NCBI RefSeq assembly: GCF_006345805.1
Contig: NC_042997.1
Location: forward strand, 143,220,001 to 143,284,000
Source: Octopus sinensis
Taxonomy: Eukaryota
Direction: 5' to 3'
Length of the DNA stretch: 64,000 bases
Part shown: in pieces, positions 1 to 12,134 of the stretch
How positions within the stretch are numbered: the first letter of the stretch is position 1
Layout of the letters: each line of letters starts with the position of its first letter
Made by a program: the position numbers and the translations under genes
Notes under the pieces: generated by a model
Told to the model about the DNA's origin: nothing
The model's input: only the letters and a program-made list of their open reading frames with translations
Databases searched by the model: none

Positions 1-2628
1 ATAACGCGGCATTATTTTACAGATGGATTCACTCCTGTCTTTAACCGTTACATGTTTTTTTTTCTTCAGGCAAGGGGGGGGGGTCTCATATTCTACACGT
101 CTTCGAAGGGGCAAGCCCACCCAACAGTTTATTGACAGAGAATACGTTAAGCTGTCATTTGTATCTCAGTAATTTTCGGAGAAGTGCAACTATAAACAAG
201 CCGCAAATGCACATGTAAATGAACATTCGTATATGTGTGTGTGTGTGTGTACGTATGTATGTATTATATTGTACATATTTGTGTATGTATGTGTACACAA
301 GTATATATATGACTGTTTATTATATCAAATATATACAAATTTATTTAGGTTTAAGTCCCTGAATCATTTTGTAACTTCTGCCGATTAAAAAAAACTACTA
401 CACACACACACACACACAAATTTAGAGGCCACACGAGGTAGATAAACGTGGTAAGATATGCATGCCTTTCTTTTTCAAGGACGTTAGCGGCCTGAGTGAA
501 GCACTTTAATTATGTCTAAGCTGAACTTGTAACTAATTAGTTGAGATCATAAGAAATAGCCTGAGAATAAAAGTCGAACGTCCCACAAAGGAACTGGAAA
601 TGATAAATTATTTCAAGACGATAAAAAAAAACAACGTTGCGTTGGTTGATAATAATGCAGTTATAGTCACATTGTCGGCTTTCATTTTCGTCTCCACGTG
701 TTCTCTCACCCTCTCGATCATAAGTCACTCTCGCTATCATTTGTTGTTGGGCATAGTTGTAAGAATAGTCATTAACTGGTAAATTTCTTGTTGCCACATG
801 CTTATCTAACCCCACAGATGTCATTCGATCTTATGATCCATAGTTTTTGATTAATAATGTTTTATAGTCATAGAGAAAATTACGTAATGAAGAAATACTT
901 TAATAAAACATTTAATTTTCTTTTTGCTGACATAACCCATCAGTTGTTCTCCTCAGACTAGTTAATATTTAATTTATTAACTACAGCAGTTTTTTTATAC
1001 ACGTGTGTGAGAGCATCTTCGCAAACATTTTAATTCAAGACAAGTTTGGCGAGAGCGATCCCAACATGTGTATTTTTCTTTTCAGTAGTAAATATAAAAA
1101 CGACATTGTTATCTAGATAAAAGAAATTTACAGCATATTATTAGCTACCACGAGGGTTTAAGCTTTGAACCTCTGCACTCATAAAAATGTGTTTCGTATT
1201 CAAAGTAATGACGTTAAAGGTTTCGCTTTAAGAAACAAACCTCAATAATTTTGATATCCTCTTGGATATCAAAATTTCGAGTGCGTAAAAAATTTTAATA
1301 ATTAACTTATAGAAAGTTTTACAGGGAACGATATCAGTGGAGGAACAAGATGTCCGTGACTTCGAATAATAATAATAATCCTTTCTACTATTGGTACAAA
1401 GGCTGAAATTTTAAGGGAGAGGGATAATCGATTACATCGTCTTCAGTACATGACTGGTACATATTTCATCGACTCCGAAAGGATGAAAGACAAAGTGAAT
1501 CTCATCAGAATTTGAACTCAGATCGCAAAGACAGACGAAATGCCGCTAAGCGTGTATTTCCACGAGGTAAAACTCCATGAAACTGTCAGGGAAAAACCCG
1601 AAAAAAAAAAGATGAAAAAATTCGAAAATGCCAAAGTTAAAATAGTCCGTCAGCCGGCATAACACACACACCTATAAAGCTGATATTTATATTCTTTTAT
1701 TTTAAAAATACACGTGTTGGGGTCGCTTTCGTTAACCTGTCCTGTTGACTGACCTCTTAAAATCTTTGAAATTTTGCGAAGACGCACACACACACAAGTA
1801 ATTATTAAGAATTAATAAATAAAAAGCAACCAGAGGTCGAGGATAAACTCTACATAATTTTCATTGGTATATATATATATATATTTGTGTCAAGAGTTGC
1901 TGTGGTTTCTAATAATAAGCAAAGGACCTGAAATTTTGGAGAAGTGGGTATTCGATTTTATCGTCGCCAGTACTTGACTGGTACTTTATTTTATCGATCC
2001 CAGAGGAAAGAAAGTATTTGAACTCAGAATATAGTCGGAACAAATACGAGACTTATTTTTTGAAGCTCCAAAGTTTTTGCCAGCTTGCCACTTACAGTAT
2101 ATATTTATTAATTTTTACAAGACAAGGTTTTATAGTAAATTTGCAGTTTGGGGTTACTAGATGTCATTAGACTGTTTGATGACAGTAAACCGAGATTTCG
2201 AAGTCACTGTCAACCTTTTCTCTGTATGTGTGTGTGCGTTTATCAGTATCGAGGGCCTTCGGTATACTGACTGGCTTGTAACTATGTTTACACACGCAAA
2301 CCCTGTCTATGTGTGTGTGAACTGTTTTATTATTTTAATATTCATAATGTATATATATATTTGTACAAGTGTGTGTACATCCTTAGAAATAAATGCGATC
2401 CGGTTTCGATTTCCAGTTAGTGTATTATCACTCACGCTATTACAGATTCTCAGGATACTTTTCAGCATACACACACACATGCATGCACGTAGTCCACGTT
2501 TCCGATTTTGTGTGCGTTTGTTTTGCACACACGCTTCCATCTTCGTTTGTGTGCGTTTATCTGTTGATTAAAGTTTTGCACACACACTCTCTCTCTCTCT
2601 CTCTCTCACACACATACTTACACATATT

Positions 2629-2685
2629 GTTCCCATGGCAGAACTAATAATAGTGCGTTCCGCAGAGTAGCGTCGCTATGGTTAC
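2629..2685. promoter_or_regulatory. Two RFX X-box-like motifs in a CpG-retaining promoter-like region
   Basis: GTTCCCATGGCAGA (2629-2642) and GTCGCTATGGTTAC (2672-2685) resemble the RFX palindrome GTTGCCATGGCAAC. They lie 43 bp apart in CpG-rich sequence just upstream of a T-rich, intron-like stretch. Confidence 0.45.
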
Positions 2686-2872
2686 TGTACATCCTGTTTG
2701 TTCTGAAATGTTTCTTTTCCGTATTTAAATTTCACATTTGTAGGTTTTCATGTTTTATTTTTCTTTCAATGTTGTATTTTAAAATTTGTTTTGTTTTTAA
2801 ACAATGAAAATAATTCTCCACATTTTTTCTTCTTAGTAAATGTTATTTATACTTGGACAGTTTCTCTCACAG

Positions 2873-2958
2873 GGATCGCGGTTGTGAGACTCAAAAAGGA
2901 TGAAAAGGAGGCGGATGTCATGTTTAATAAAATTCAACTGGTTTACAAACTTTTAAAG
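2873..2958 (+). CDS. Candidate early exon of an unidentified gene (open frame GIAVVRLKKDEKEADVMFNKIQLVYKLLK)
   Basis: Good acceptor tttctctcacag|G after T-rich 2710-2872; one frame stays open throughout. The only donor candidate is non-canonical AAG|GCAAGA, which is also the start of a local repeat. A minus-strand GT donor (CCCT|GTGAGA) overlaps the same boundary, so the strand is uncertain. Confidence 0.25.
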
Positions 2959-3055
2959 GCAAGACTTCCTTTTGTACCCCCCCCAACACACCTTTTTAAA
3001 TTTAATTTTTTTTTCTACACAAAACCCCGTTTTCGGCTACGGAGAAAACGAATCT

Positions 3056-3472
3056 GGGCAATCTTTCGTCTCTAGTAGACCTTTCCGTCGATTTCCGTAA
3101 AAAAATTTTTTTTTTTACATATGGGCTTGCGGGAACTTTTGAAGTAATGAGAGCGAAAGAGACTAAGAGAAAGCGATTGTATGACGAGGGAAGTTCTTTT
3201 GAAGTTACAGTGCATGGGAGCATTGATGGACATGTGTGTGTTTGATGGGGTGTGGGAGACAGACAGTATGTTGTGTAAGTGAAGTGCTTCTGTTAGTGTG
3301 TGTGAAGAGACAGAGTAATGTGTGAAAGAAAGAGATAACTGAAATTTTTTACTCGGTGTATGTGTATATGTATGTATATTACTTCAAAAGTTTCCGCAAG
3401 CCCATATGTAAAAAAAAAAAAAATTTTTTACGGAAATCGACGGAAAGGTCTACTAGAGACGAAAGATCGCCC
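3056..3472. mobile_element. MITE-like non-autonomous DNA element with ~93-bp terminal inverted repeats
   Basis: 3056-3148 (gggcaatctttcgtctctagtagacc...gaagtaat) is a near-perfect reverse complement of 3378-3472, with a ~230-bp GT-rich spacer. No clear TSD. Confidence 0.75.
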
Positions 3473-3815
3473 CAATCTGGGTAAGACTTCCGCCCTTCCC
3501 CCCTCAAAACCACCCTTTTTTTTACATTTTTATTTTCGGCATAAACTCCGCCTTTCGGCTACGGGGAACACTAATCTGCAAAAAAAATTGGCAAAAATCG
3601 GCATTTTAAAATTACCACCCACCATTTTTTACTTTTTTCATTTTTTTTTTTTTTTCAAAATATGTGGAAAAATACGGAGATTATGATTCTGAAAAAAAAA
3701 AAAAATTCCCAAAATTTTTGTAAAATTTTTTTTAAGAATTTTGTTTTATATATATATGCGGAAAATTATGGACATTACGATTCTGACAAAAATTTCAAAA
3801 CATTTCTGTAGTTAC

Positions 3816-3850
3816 GGTTAGGGTTAGTGTTTTAGGGTTAAGGTTAGGGA
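3816..3850 (+). repeat. Degenerate interstitial TTAGGG-like repeats
   Basis: ggttagggttagtgttttagggttaaggttaggg. Confidence 0.6.
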
Positions 3851-4269
3851 TAGTGTTGGGGAAAAAAGTTGAAACCTTGTGGGCAATTTGGTAATGACTT
3901 CAGCAACATAATGATGATGATCATTGTTTTAACACCCACATTTCCATGCTTGCATGTGTCAGATGTTTATTGAAGCAGACTTTTTACATCTGGATGCCCT
4001 TCTTGTTACCAACCCCCACCTGTTTCTAACCAAGGTGATATTTCCCTTATGACCAGATGTATTTACAGAATGTTGTAAGTGAATGATAACTGTTTGTATG
4101 GCAGCAACATTTATTTACAACTACTATGCGATGTCAAGACAAGGAGACAATCATACACACACTTATACTTACATGTGTACATGCACACATACACACACAC
4201 ACAAGCATATGTGTGTGAGTGTGTATAAAGGTAAGATCCAATGTGTTTACACAGGATCTCCTAATGACA

Positions 4270-4765
4270 ATATAAACTCCATATAATCAAGGTATCCTTG
4301 GCCTGAAGAGTAGCTTGCGGTCTACTCCTCGTCTGGATAATTTACTACTTCCAAAGTTCTACTAGCTATGAGACATATGTAGCCTGAATTTTGTCTACTC
4401 CATTCCTTTTTTTCTCCATCTTCCTTTGCTCTTGGACTTTCCTCTGTCTCCTTTTTCTGAGGAAGAGCTTTGCTCGAAATGTAAAACACCCTTTTTTTTT
4501 TTACTTCTCTGAGTGTTTTATTAACACTTTGCATGTACCACGTCTCCACATTGTTGTTTTTTTTCTTGTTGTCCTTTTTTTCTCCATTTTTAAAAATAAT
4601 TATATATATCAGCCGAAATTGCGAAGAGAATCTGGTACCTGACTGAAGAAAGAAAACTTCGAATGACCTGTCCTTGTTTTCTATGTATCGTCAATCTGGA
4701 TGTTTTGTTGTCCCATTTTTGTATCACCTAACTGTCTGAATGTTTTGGGTTCTTGTCCCATTTTG

Positions 4766-4770
<5 letters not shown>
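4270..4770 (+). mobile_element. Penelope-like pseudo-LTR fragment with degenerate hammerhead-like motif(s)
   Basis: CTGAGGA-AGAGC-TTT-GCTC-GAAA-T-GTA at 4457-4483 and a weaker CTGAAGA-AAG-AAAA-CTT-CGAAT near 4647. Ends in a (TA)n tract. Confidence 0.5.
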
Positions 4771-4805
<35 letters not shown>

Positions 4806-6479
4806 ATATACAGTAGGCTTTTTTCATTCATCTACCCAATCCACTTACAAGGTTTTGGTCAGCCTAGGTAAATGACACTTGCTCGAGGTGCCACACAGTG
4901 GGACTGAGCCCAAAACTATGTGGTTGAGGAGCAAACTTCTTAACACAGTCATGTCTGCACTTATTATAGAGAAAATGTTATAAATTTGATTCTCAGAATG
5001 CTTGGGCTTCAATACCCTTACATTCATGGCACAACTGTACTGAGTCAGTGGGAGGCTTGTCTAATTGCAGAGATACTGGTACTGTAGCCTGTTGTAATCT
5101 CCTTTCATATTTTCCGTCTATGCATGAGAGGAGATATGTCCATTGATGAAATATGAATCCTGGAATGGAATCTGAACTCATAATGCAAACAACCAGAATA
5201 AATGCCACTCTCCCAATCCATCACCCTGGATTAGTATTTTAATTATTGATCCCTAAAGAATGGAAGACAAAATGTACCCTGACAGGATTTGAACTCATAA
5301 TACAGAAAGCCAGAACAAATGCTATAACATTCTTGTCAACATTTTAACAGTTCTTCCAATTTGCAGCCTACCTGTTGTAATAGCTGTTGAAGAAACAACA
5401 TGTGACAAGGTTAATTGCTTGTACAATGTTTCTGTGTGAATCTTTGCTAATCAGTCAGATGGACTTTGTCGGGGTGTCTAGGATGTTTACATGTGTGTAG
5501 CAAAATATCTAGGACAGTGTTGCTGTCCTAGATATACATATGTGTAGTATGTCTACAGTGCTCTAGATATATATACGACACTCTAGTGCATGTTAAATTT
5601 AAATTACAATAAGTTTTGAATTAATGGGGGAATATGGGTAGAAATGGAGTTCTGGAGAGATGTGGTCATGAGTAGGAGAACTGAAAAGTGATTTTAGTGT
5701 AAGGTTTGGAGTACAGGATGACAAAAGAAAGGGAAAATGCAGTGAATAGATATGAATGATTGAGTTGGCACATTCAGAAAAATAGAGATTATTGTATTAA
5801 TAATGCAAGAGACAGGAGGAGGTCTCAGCTTGATAGCAAACTGTTGTGTAAAAGATGTTTATAAATCTTAGATCAATCCTGATCAAGCAGGCTAACAGTG
5901 TAGAGTAGCAGTGTTTCCCAGTGTTTCTTATTCTTGCAGAACCTTTGAAATATACCTATGTTTCAGGAAATACCTACATGAAAATTATTATATTTCTTTA
6001 TTAATATCTTTCTCTTTCTGTTGTATCTTGGGTGGGTCATTATGCTAACAATAAACTTCTTAATTTTTATTTTTGCCAATTGGTTAACCATTTAACCAAT
6101 TAACTAATTGATTGTTTGATTAGTTGTCCTGCCAATCAATCAATCAGTCAGCTAGAGCACACATCAACAATCTTGCAAACCAAATACAAAAACGAAATAT
6201 TTTTCTTTAGTTTTCATGAAGTTATATTTCATCAGAGATTAAGCATATCATAAAATTGTTTTTGAAAGTTTGACAGTGCTAAATCAATCAAACATCACAA
6301 AGAAAATTTAAGAAGTGTCATCTTAACCCAGGCCTTATTTACAATTTCCTTTTAAGAAGTCATTTTTTCCTCTTAGGATGAAATATTACCTAGAAATGCT
6401 AGGATTTTTCTATCTTAGGAAAAAGGCAAATAAAATTATGAATGTAAAATTAAATGCAAGAATGTTTGACATTAAGAGA

Positions 6480-6900
6480 GGCATTTAGCCAAAGAATTTA
6501 GATTGTGTAACAGTGCTAGAGTTTTAAGAATGGTGTTGCGGAATTTTGGGAATGACATTCTGGGATGTTGTAACTGTGTTTTGAACTGACCATATATGTA
6601 ATGACAGGGTCTGAGAGGTTTAGTGCTTGTAGCAGCAGCAAACATTGGCTCTTGCTTGTTTAACTTGTCACTAATTTTTAGTATTCTTTTGAGTTTGTTG
6701 TTGAGATTGTCTGTGTATAGGGGTGGTAATTTGAAGTAAATTGCTTAGTGTTCTTTATAAATTGTTATGGACAGATTGGCAGCTCAGATCAGGACCTCAG
6801 AAGAAGATCTTGCAAGGCTGAACAAGATTTGTTTTCAGACTCAGGGTGGGAGTGGAGGGGTGGGATTCCTCTCAAAATTCTTGGCACTGTGGGGCTTATT
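6480..6900 (-). mobile_element. Possible highly degenerate Penelope-type reverse transcriptase relic
   Basis: Minus-strand translation includes HYIYGQFKTQLQHPR...NSLAKCL, loosely like the YGxxKxHK...PxR...LAK region of PLE RTs. Frameshifted, weak match. Confidence 0.3.
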
Positions 6901-8202
6901 TTTTTTTAAGTATGTTGGGCATCAGATATCCCTCTGCTCCAGTATTCTGTTCTTTGCCTTTCCGAAAGCCCTGAAAAGTTGTATCAGCTAAACCCCCACT
7001 CTTATACATCCTGGCTCAGATGTAATAACAATTCATTATAGAATCTAATTTATTGTTTGTATTGTAGATTAACATTGACCGAAAGTGGTGCCTGTCAGTG
7101 TTTTAAATATTTGTGTATTTTCAGAAAGTGTGTGAAAGTTTGTCTATGAAAATAACAGCTTTGTTGTTAAGCCCCCAGTTAGCTTGATTGATTACCCCTA
7201 GTCAGACATTTGACCAAAGATATTTCAGCCATGTTCATATTTTTAGGTGAAGTAATAAGCCAGATTACATAATTTATTGTGTTCTAAGATGATAGGGTGT
7301 GATTTGAGGAAGACATTACTGTTGTTTCTAACACAGTAAACAGTCACACAGAATTTTCCTCTTTGGAATAGTTTCTTCAATTTTATCACAAATGATGATA
7401 GTGACTGGCAATGATGATGATTATGATAATAATGGTGGTAGTAATGGTAATGATGATAATGTGTAGCAAATACTTCAACAAATTTAACAGAATAGGCTGG
7501 GCTGTGCCCATTACCTTTGCAGGCTGTCTTAGACTGGTAAATTTGATGTATGAGGACCAGGGTTTGGTCCAAAAGCTTGCAAAAGAGTGAACCCCATTTC
7601 AATCACTAACACCAGAAATGTACAGCTGTGAAAGATATATATATATGTCTGTCTATCTTTGTCTCCTCCACCTCTCTCTCTCTCTCTCTGTGGTCTTTTC
7701 TGTTCTTGTTAACATAAATCTAAAATTTATGCATGTCTAGTTGAATAATTGATCATTTTGTTGATCCATGAAATCACCATGATAAATTTGCTTTGGTCTG
7801 TCTGGGATGAACTGGCTATTAATAGCATAGTGTTTGATAACCAGGAAATCCTTCATTTTTGTTTCATGTATTTAATTTATATTATTTATTTAGTTTTTGC
7901 ATATCTCATAGATTTGTTAGTCTTGTTTGCAAACAAAACAACTCAAACTAGGAAGTCAGAAAATTTACTTCTAACTACAAAACATTGTTAAGTATTGTAT
8001 ATATAAGATAAGAAAGAGAAATAAAAGCATTTATGGAAATCTCGTAGTCTTCAACTAATCTGTCAATTTGATTTGAATAAATTCTTTCATAAAATTCCTC
8101 TTTGTATTTTATTTCTGAATGATAAGCTACTTTATCATTATGGCTACTTTATCATTTACTCCATTTTCTTTTCTGTTATATTCCTTCCGTAACTCACACA
8201 CT

Positions 8203-9384
8203 CACATCATCATCATCATCATCGTCGTTTAACGTCCGTTCTCCATGCTAGCATGGGTTGGACGGTTCGACCGGGGTTCTGGGAAGCCAGAAGGCTGCAC
8301 CAGGCTCCAGTCTAATTTGGCAATGTTTCTACAGCTGGATGCCCTTCCTAACGCCAACCACTCCGTGAGTGTAGTGGGTGCTTTTTACGTGCCACCTGCA
8401 CAGGTGCCAGGCGGGGCTGGCAACGGCCACGGTCAGATTGGTGTATTTTATGTGCCACCGGCACGGAAGCCAGTCGAGGCGGTGCTGGCATCGGCCACGA
8501 GTCGGATAGTGCTTTTTACGTACCACCAGACCAGGATCCTGGCTGGTTCAATTCGATTTCGATTTCACTTGCCCCAACATGTCTTCACAAGCAAAGGGGG
8601 TTGGCAAGGGTGCCTGTCGTACGGTCGCATTGGAGTATTTTACGTGCCACGGCCACGAGTCGGATGTGCTTTACGTACCACCAGACCAGGGATCCTGGCT
8701 GGTTCAATTCGATTTCGATTTCGCTTGCCCCAACATGTCTTCACAAGCAAAGGGGGTTGGCATGGGTGCCTGTCGTACGGTCGCATTGGAGTATTTTACG
8801 TGCCACGGCCCGAGTCGGATAGTGCTTTTTACGTACCACCAGGCCGGGATCCTGGCTGGTTCAATTCGGTTTCGATTTCGATTTCGATTTCGCTTGCCCC
8901 AACATGTCTTCGCAAGCATGGGGGTTTGGGATGGGTGTCTGTCGTCGGATGAGGTTCTATATCGACTTCGCTTGCCTCAACCGGTCTTTGTGTCCAAGGG
9001 AAAAGGCATTCATAAGTGGGCTGGGCTCACTTGTCCTGCCTGGTCTTCTCACGTACAGAATATTTCCAAAGGTCTCGGTCTCTGGTCATTTCCTCAGTGA
9101 GGCCTAAGTTCGAAGGTCGTGCTTTCACCACCCCTCGTCCCAGGTTTTCCTGGGTCTACCTCTTCCACGGTTCCCTCAACTGCTAGGGATTGGCACTTTC
9201 TCACACACCTATCTTCATCCATTCTCGCCACATGACCATACCAGCGCAATCGTCTCTCTTGCACACCACAACTGATGCTTCTTAGGTACAACATTTCTCT
9301 CAAGGTGCTAACGCTCTGTCGAGTATGTACACTGACATTACACATCCATCGGAGCATACTGGCTTCATTCCTCACGAGCTTACG
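8203..9384 (-). mobile_element. 5'-truncated RTE-clade LINE (RT C-terminus + 3'UTR + (ATG)n tail)
   Basis: ORF 9094-9393: RNEASMLRWMCNV...QERRLRWYGHVARMDEDRCVRKC. 3' tail (CAT)n on plus at 8206-8223. TSD CTCACACACT at 8193-8202 and 9385-9394. Internal ~180-bp tandem duplication in the 3'UTR (~8495-8900). CpGs intact, so young. Confidence 0.9.
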
Positions 9385-10429
9385 CTCACACACTATATAT
9401 ATTTACATATGTTATATGTTTACTCCCAATAATAATTCCTGTTGAAATTCAAAGAAGAATGTTCATTAGTAGCTAGCAAGAAGATCTCACAAAATCCTAG
9501 TACCGTCTGAGAAGTGATTTTCCTCAGTAGGTAGGACCTTGGTACTATGTACTCGGTGCAGGTAATAGGTACACAAAAGTTGCAAGTGTTGTCTTTAGTA
9601 GCTTTACAAAGAATTAGGACTGTAAAGAGATAGATGCATGGCTGCTTTGTTAAGAAGTTTGTTTTGCAACCATTTGTTTTGGGGTTCAGCCCCCCACTAT
9701 GTTGCATGCAGCACCTTAGGCAAGTGTTGTCTATTATAACCCTTGGCTGACCAATGCCTTGTGAGTGGATTTGGTAGACACTGTCTGGAAGACCATCGTA
9801 TGTGTGTATATGTGTGTGTGTCTTTGTGTTTGTGATTGTTCCCCACCACTGCTTGTGAACCAGTGTTGGTTTGTTTATGTCCCCATAGCTTAGCAGTTTG
9901 GCAAAAGTGATCAGTAGAATAAGTATTAGACATAAGAGTGCGTACTGGGGTCAATCTGTTTGACTAAAACCTTTAAGGAGTTACCCTACCATGGCTGAAA
10001 GAGCAACGGCTGAAATAAGTCAAACAAAAAAAAAAAGGTGCATGAAAGAGAGTACAAGTGAACCAAAATGACTGATGTGGCAATAACGACAACAGCTGAT
10101 CTATGAAGGAGATCTGGGCAATGTTTTTTTTTTTTATAGAAGACTAGCTGTTGCTCTTGTAGAAAAGTTTTCTCTCTACACATCATTGATGTTGTCAAAG
10201 GGAAAGGGAAAGAAGAGCCTCATTACAACTTAGCATCATTGCCATTGCAGGTGTTGCTGTCATAACAAAGGGCTACAATAAATACATTAGGTATCTCATC
10301 TGATGCTTTAACAGTTCCTCTAATCCACCTACCTAGACTAGTACTTTATTTATCAACTCCTGAAAGGACGAACAGCAAAGTTAATTTCAGTGGAAATTGA
10401 ACTCAGAATGCTGAGATCTTAAACATATA

Positions 10430-11599
10430 CAGTAATCCCTCACCATATCACGGTTCACCTATCACAGTTTATTATTTAAGTTTACATCAATTCCTCTATG
10501 GTGCTGTTTTGCATTTATAATAAAATAAATATATACAAATTATTAAAAAAAATATACAGTATTGTTACGGGACCTCGAAAGTTGCTACGGAATCCCACCT
10601 GCCGTCGCTCGAATTCGAACCCGGGATCCCAACAAGTCGAGCGACGACGATTGACCAGGCCCGATCGATCGGCGAATGTTCGCCACGGAACCCAGAGAGG
10701 AGAGAGACAACAACAACAACAACAGCAGCAGGAAGAGATACAGAGAGAGACACACAGAGGCACAAAGAAACACAGCGGAAGGCAATCGGCTTACATTTAA
10801 CCTACTAGTTTACAACACTTTATAATTGTTACAACATCAAATACATTTAGATACATATCAGGTACATCAAAGAGGAAATACATGCAAGAAACAACACATC
10901 AAAGCATTTAAACATGCAGATACAATATAACAACAGCATTTGGGTACAATAACAGTTCAGATTGATGCAATATACAGTCCAGAGACAACAGTTCTGTTTC
11001 AAATCACATTAAAGGCATATACAGTTCAATGTTCATTAAAGACTACAACAGAGTCTCTCTCTTTCTTTAACAGTTCTGTAACACAATGTTAATTTCTTTT
11101 ACATTTCAATACATCGATTCTTTTTCTTCACATATCAAAACATACAATTAACACATACCGTTACATCAGCCAATGCCTCACATTGTAGTCCATCTCTATT
11201 GGCTGCCTAATCCTCTGTATATCTCTTCCTCAGCCCCTCAACATTTCTCTCACTGTCTCTCTCTGTCACAGCAGAACAGCCACTGCTAAATCCAAACTGC
11301 CAACTGCTTGCCCTGAATCCCAAATGCCGACTGCCTCTCACACTCACAAACTAAACTGCTTATTTTAAGGGGGCAGCCCTCAAATGAACCCTAATTCACC
11401 TGAAAGGGTCGGGGAGTTTCCCCAGAGCTAATTAATCAACCCACATCTGGCAGAACAATGGATTCATTCCCAAAAGTAGGTCGCAATCAACTGTCCTCAA
11501 ATTGAACCACAACAGTATATTACTGTTTCTACTTCGTGGATTTTCACCTATCATGGAGGGTTTGGGAACATAACACCTGCAGTAGTTGAGGAATTACTG
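10430..11599. mobile_element. Tigger/pogo-like MITE split by a solo LTR
   Basis: TA|CAGTAATCCCTC at 10430 and GAGGAATTACTG|TA at 11599 (TIRs plus TA TSD). Confidence 0.7.
10563..11514 (-). mobile_element. Solo LTR (~950 bp), Ty3/Gypsy-like by 4-bp TSD
   Basis: TGTT...AACA termini, with GTAT duplicated at 10559-10562 and 11515-11518. TATA-like cccccttaaaataagc and an ATAAAG-like signal on the minus strand suggest the orientation. CpG-rich end at 10563-10700. Confidence 0.8.
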
Positions 11600-11903
11600 T
11601 ACTAAAATGCATTCTATCTAATACTCTGAGATATCATCATCATATTCATTATCATTTAACTTTCATTTTCCTATGCTTGCATGGGTCAGATGGAATTAAT
11701 TGAGGCAGATTTTCTACAGCTGGATGTCCTTCCTGTCACCAACATTCACCAGTTTCCAAATAAGGTAATATTTCCCCATGGCCTGACATATTTCTCATGG
11801 AAGACCAGAAATGAACACCATCACTTGTCTAAAGATGATGCTTGTATACAATTATCATATGATGTCAAGACAAGGATACGCATGCACATACTGGGGTCAA
11901 TTC

Positions 11904-12134
11904 TATTTCTTTACTACCCACAAGGGGCTAAACATAGAGGGGACAAACAAGGACAGACATTGGTATTCAGTCAATTACATCGACCCCAGTGCGTAACTGG
12001 TACTTAATTTAGTGACCCCAAAAGGATGAAAGGCAAAGTTGACCTCGGCGGAATTTGAACTCAGAACGTAACAACAGACGAAATACTGCTAAGCATTTCG
12101 CCCAGCGTGCTAATGTTTCTGCCAGCTTGCCGCC
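11904..12134 (-). mobile_element. tRNA-derived SINE, family A (Nin/Deu-like central domain)
   Basis: Head ggcggcaagctggcagaa (A box), gagttcaaattcc (B box), core gcctttcatcctttcggggtc...aagtaccag. Other copies at ~1375-1560(-), 15222-15618(-, tandem pair), 19925-20160(+), 30000-30130(-), 35548-35777(+), 41815-42045(+), 51697-52055(+, tandem pair), 52540-52740(+), 55975-56190(-). Confidence 0.85.

Noticed and set aside
537-824. 95-aa minus-strand ORF
   Set aside because: No recognisable domain, it runs through a homopolymer tract, and splice support is weak.
2873-2958. Resemblance of EKEADVMFNKIQLVYKLL to DnaJ helix III
   Set aside because: The HPD motif that should precede it is absent; no gene symbol assigned.
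7530-7630. Minus-strand ...LLQAFGPNPGP resembling a 2A peptide
   Set aside because: Lacks the DxExNPGP consensus and is followed by a stop a few codons later.
8245-9100. 235-aa and 173-aa ORFs with internal repeats
   Set aside because: They lie in the tandemly duplicated 3'UTR of the RTE element, antisense to it.
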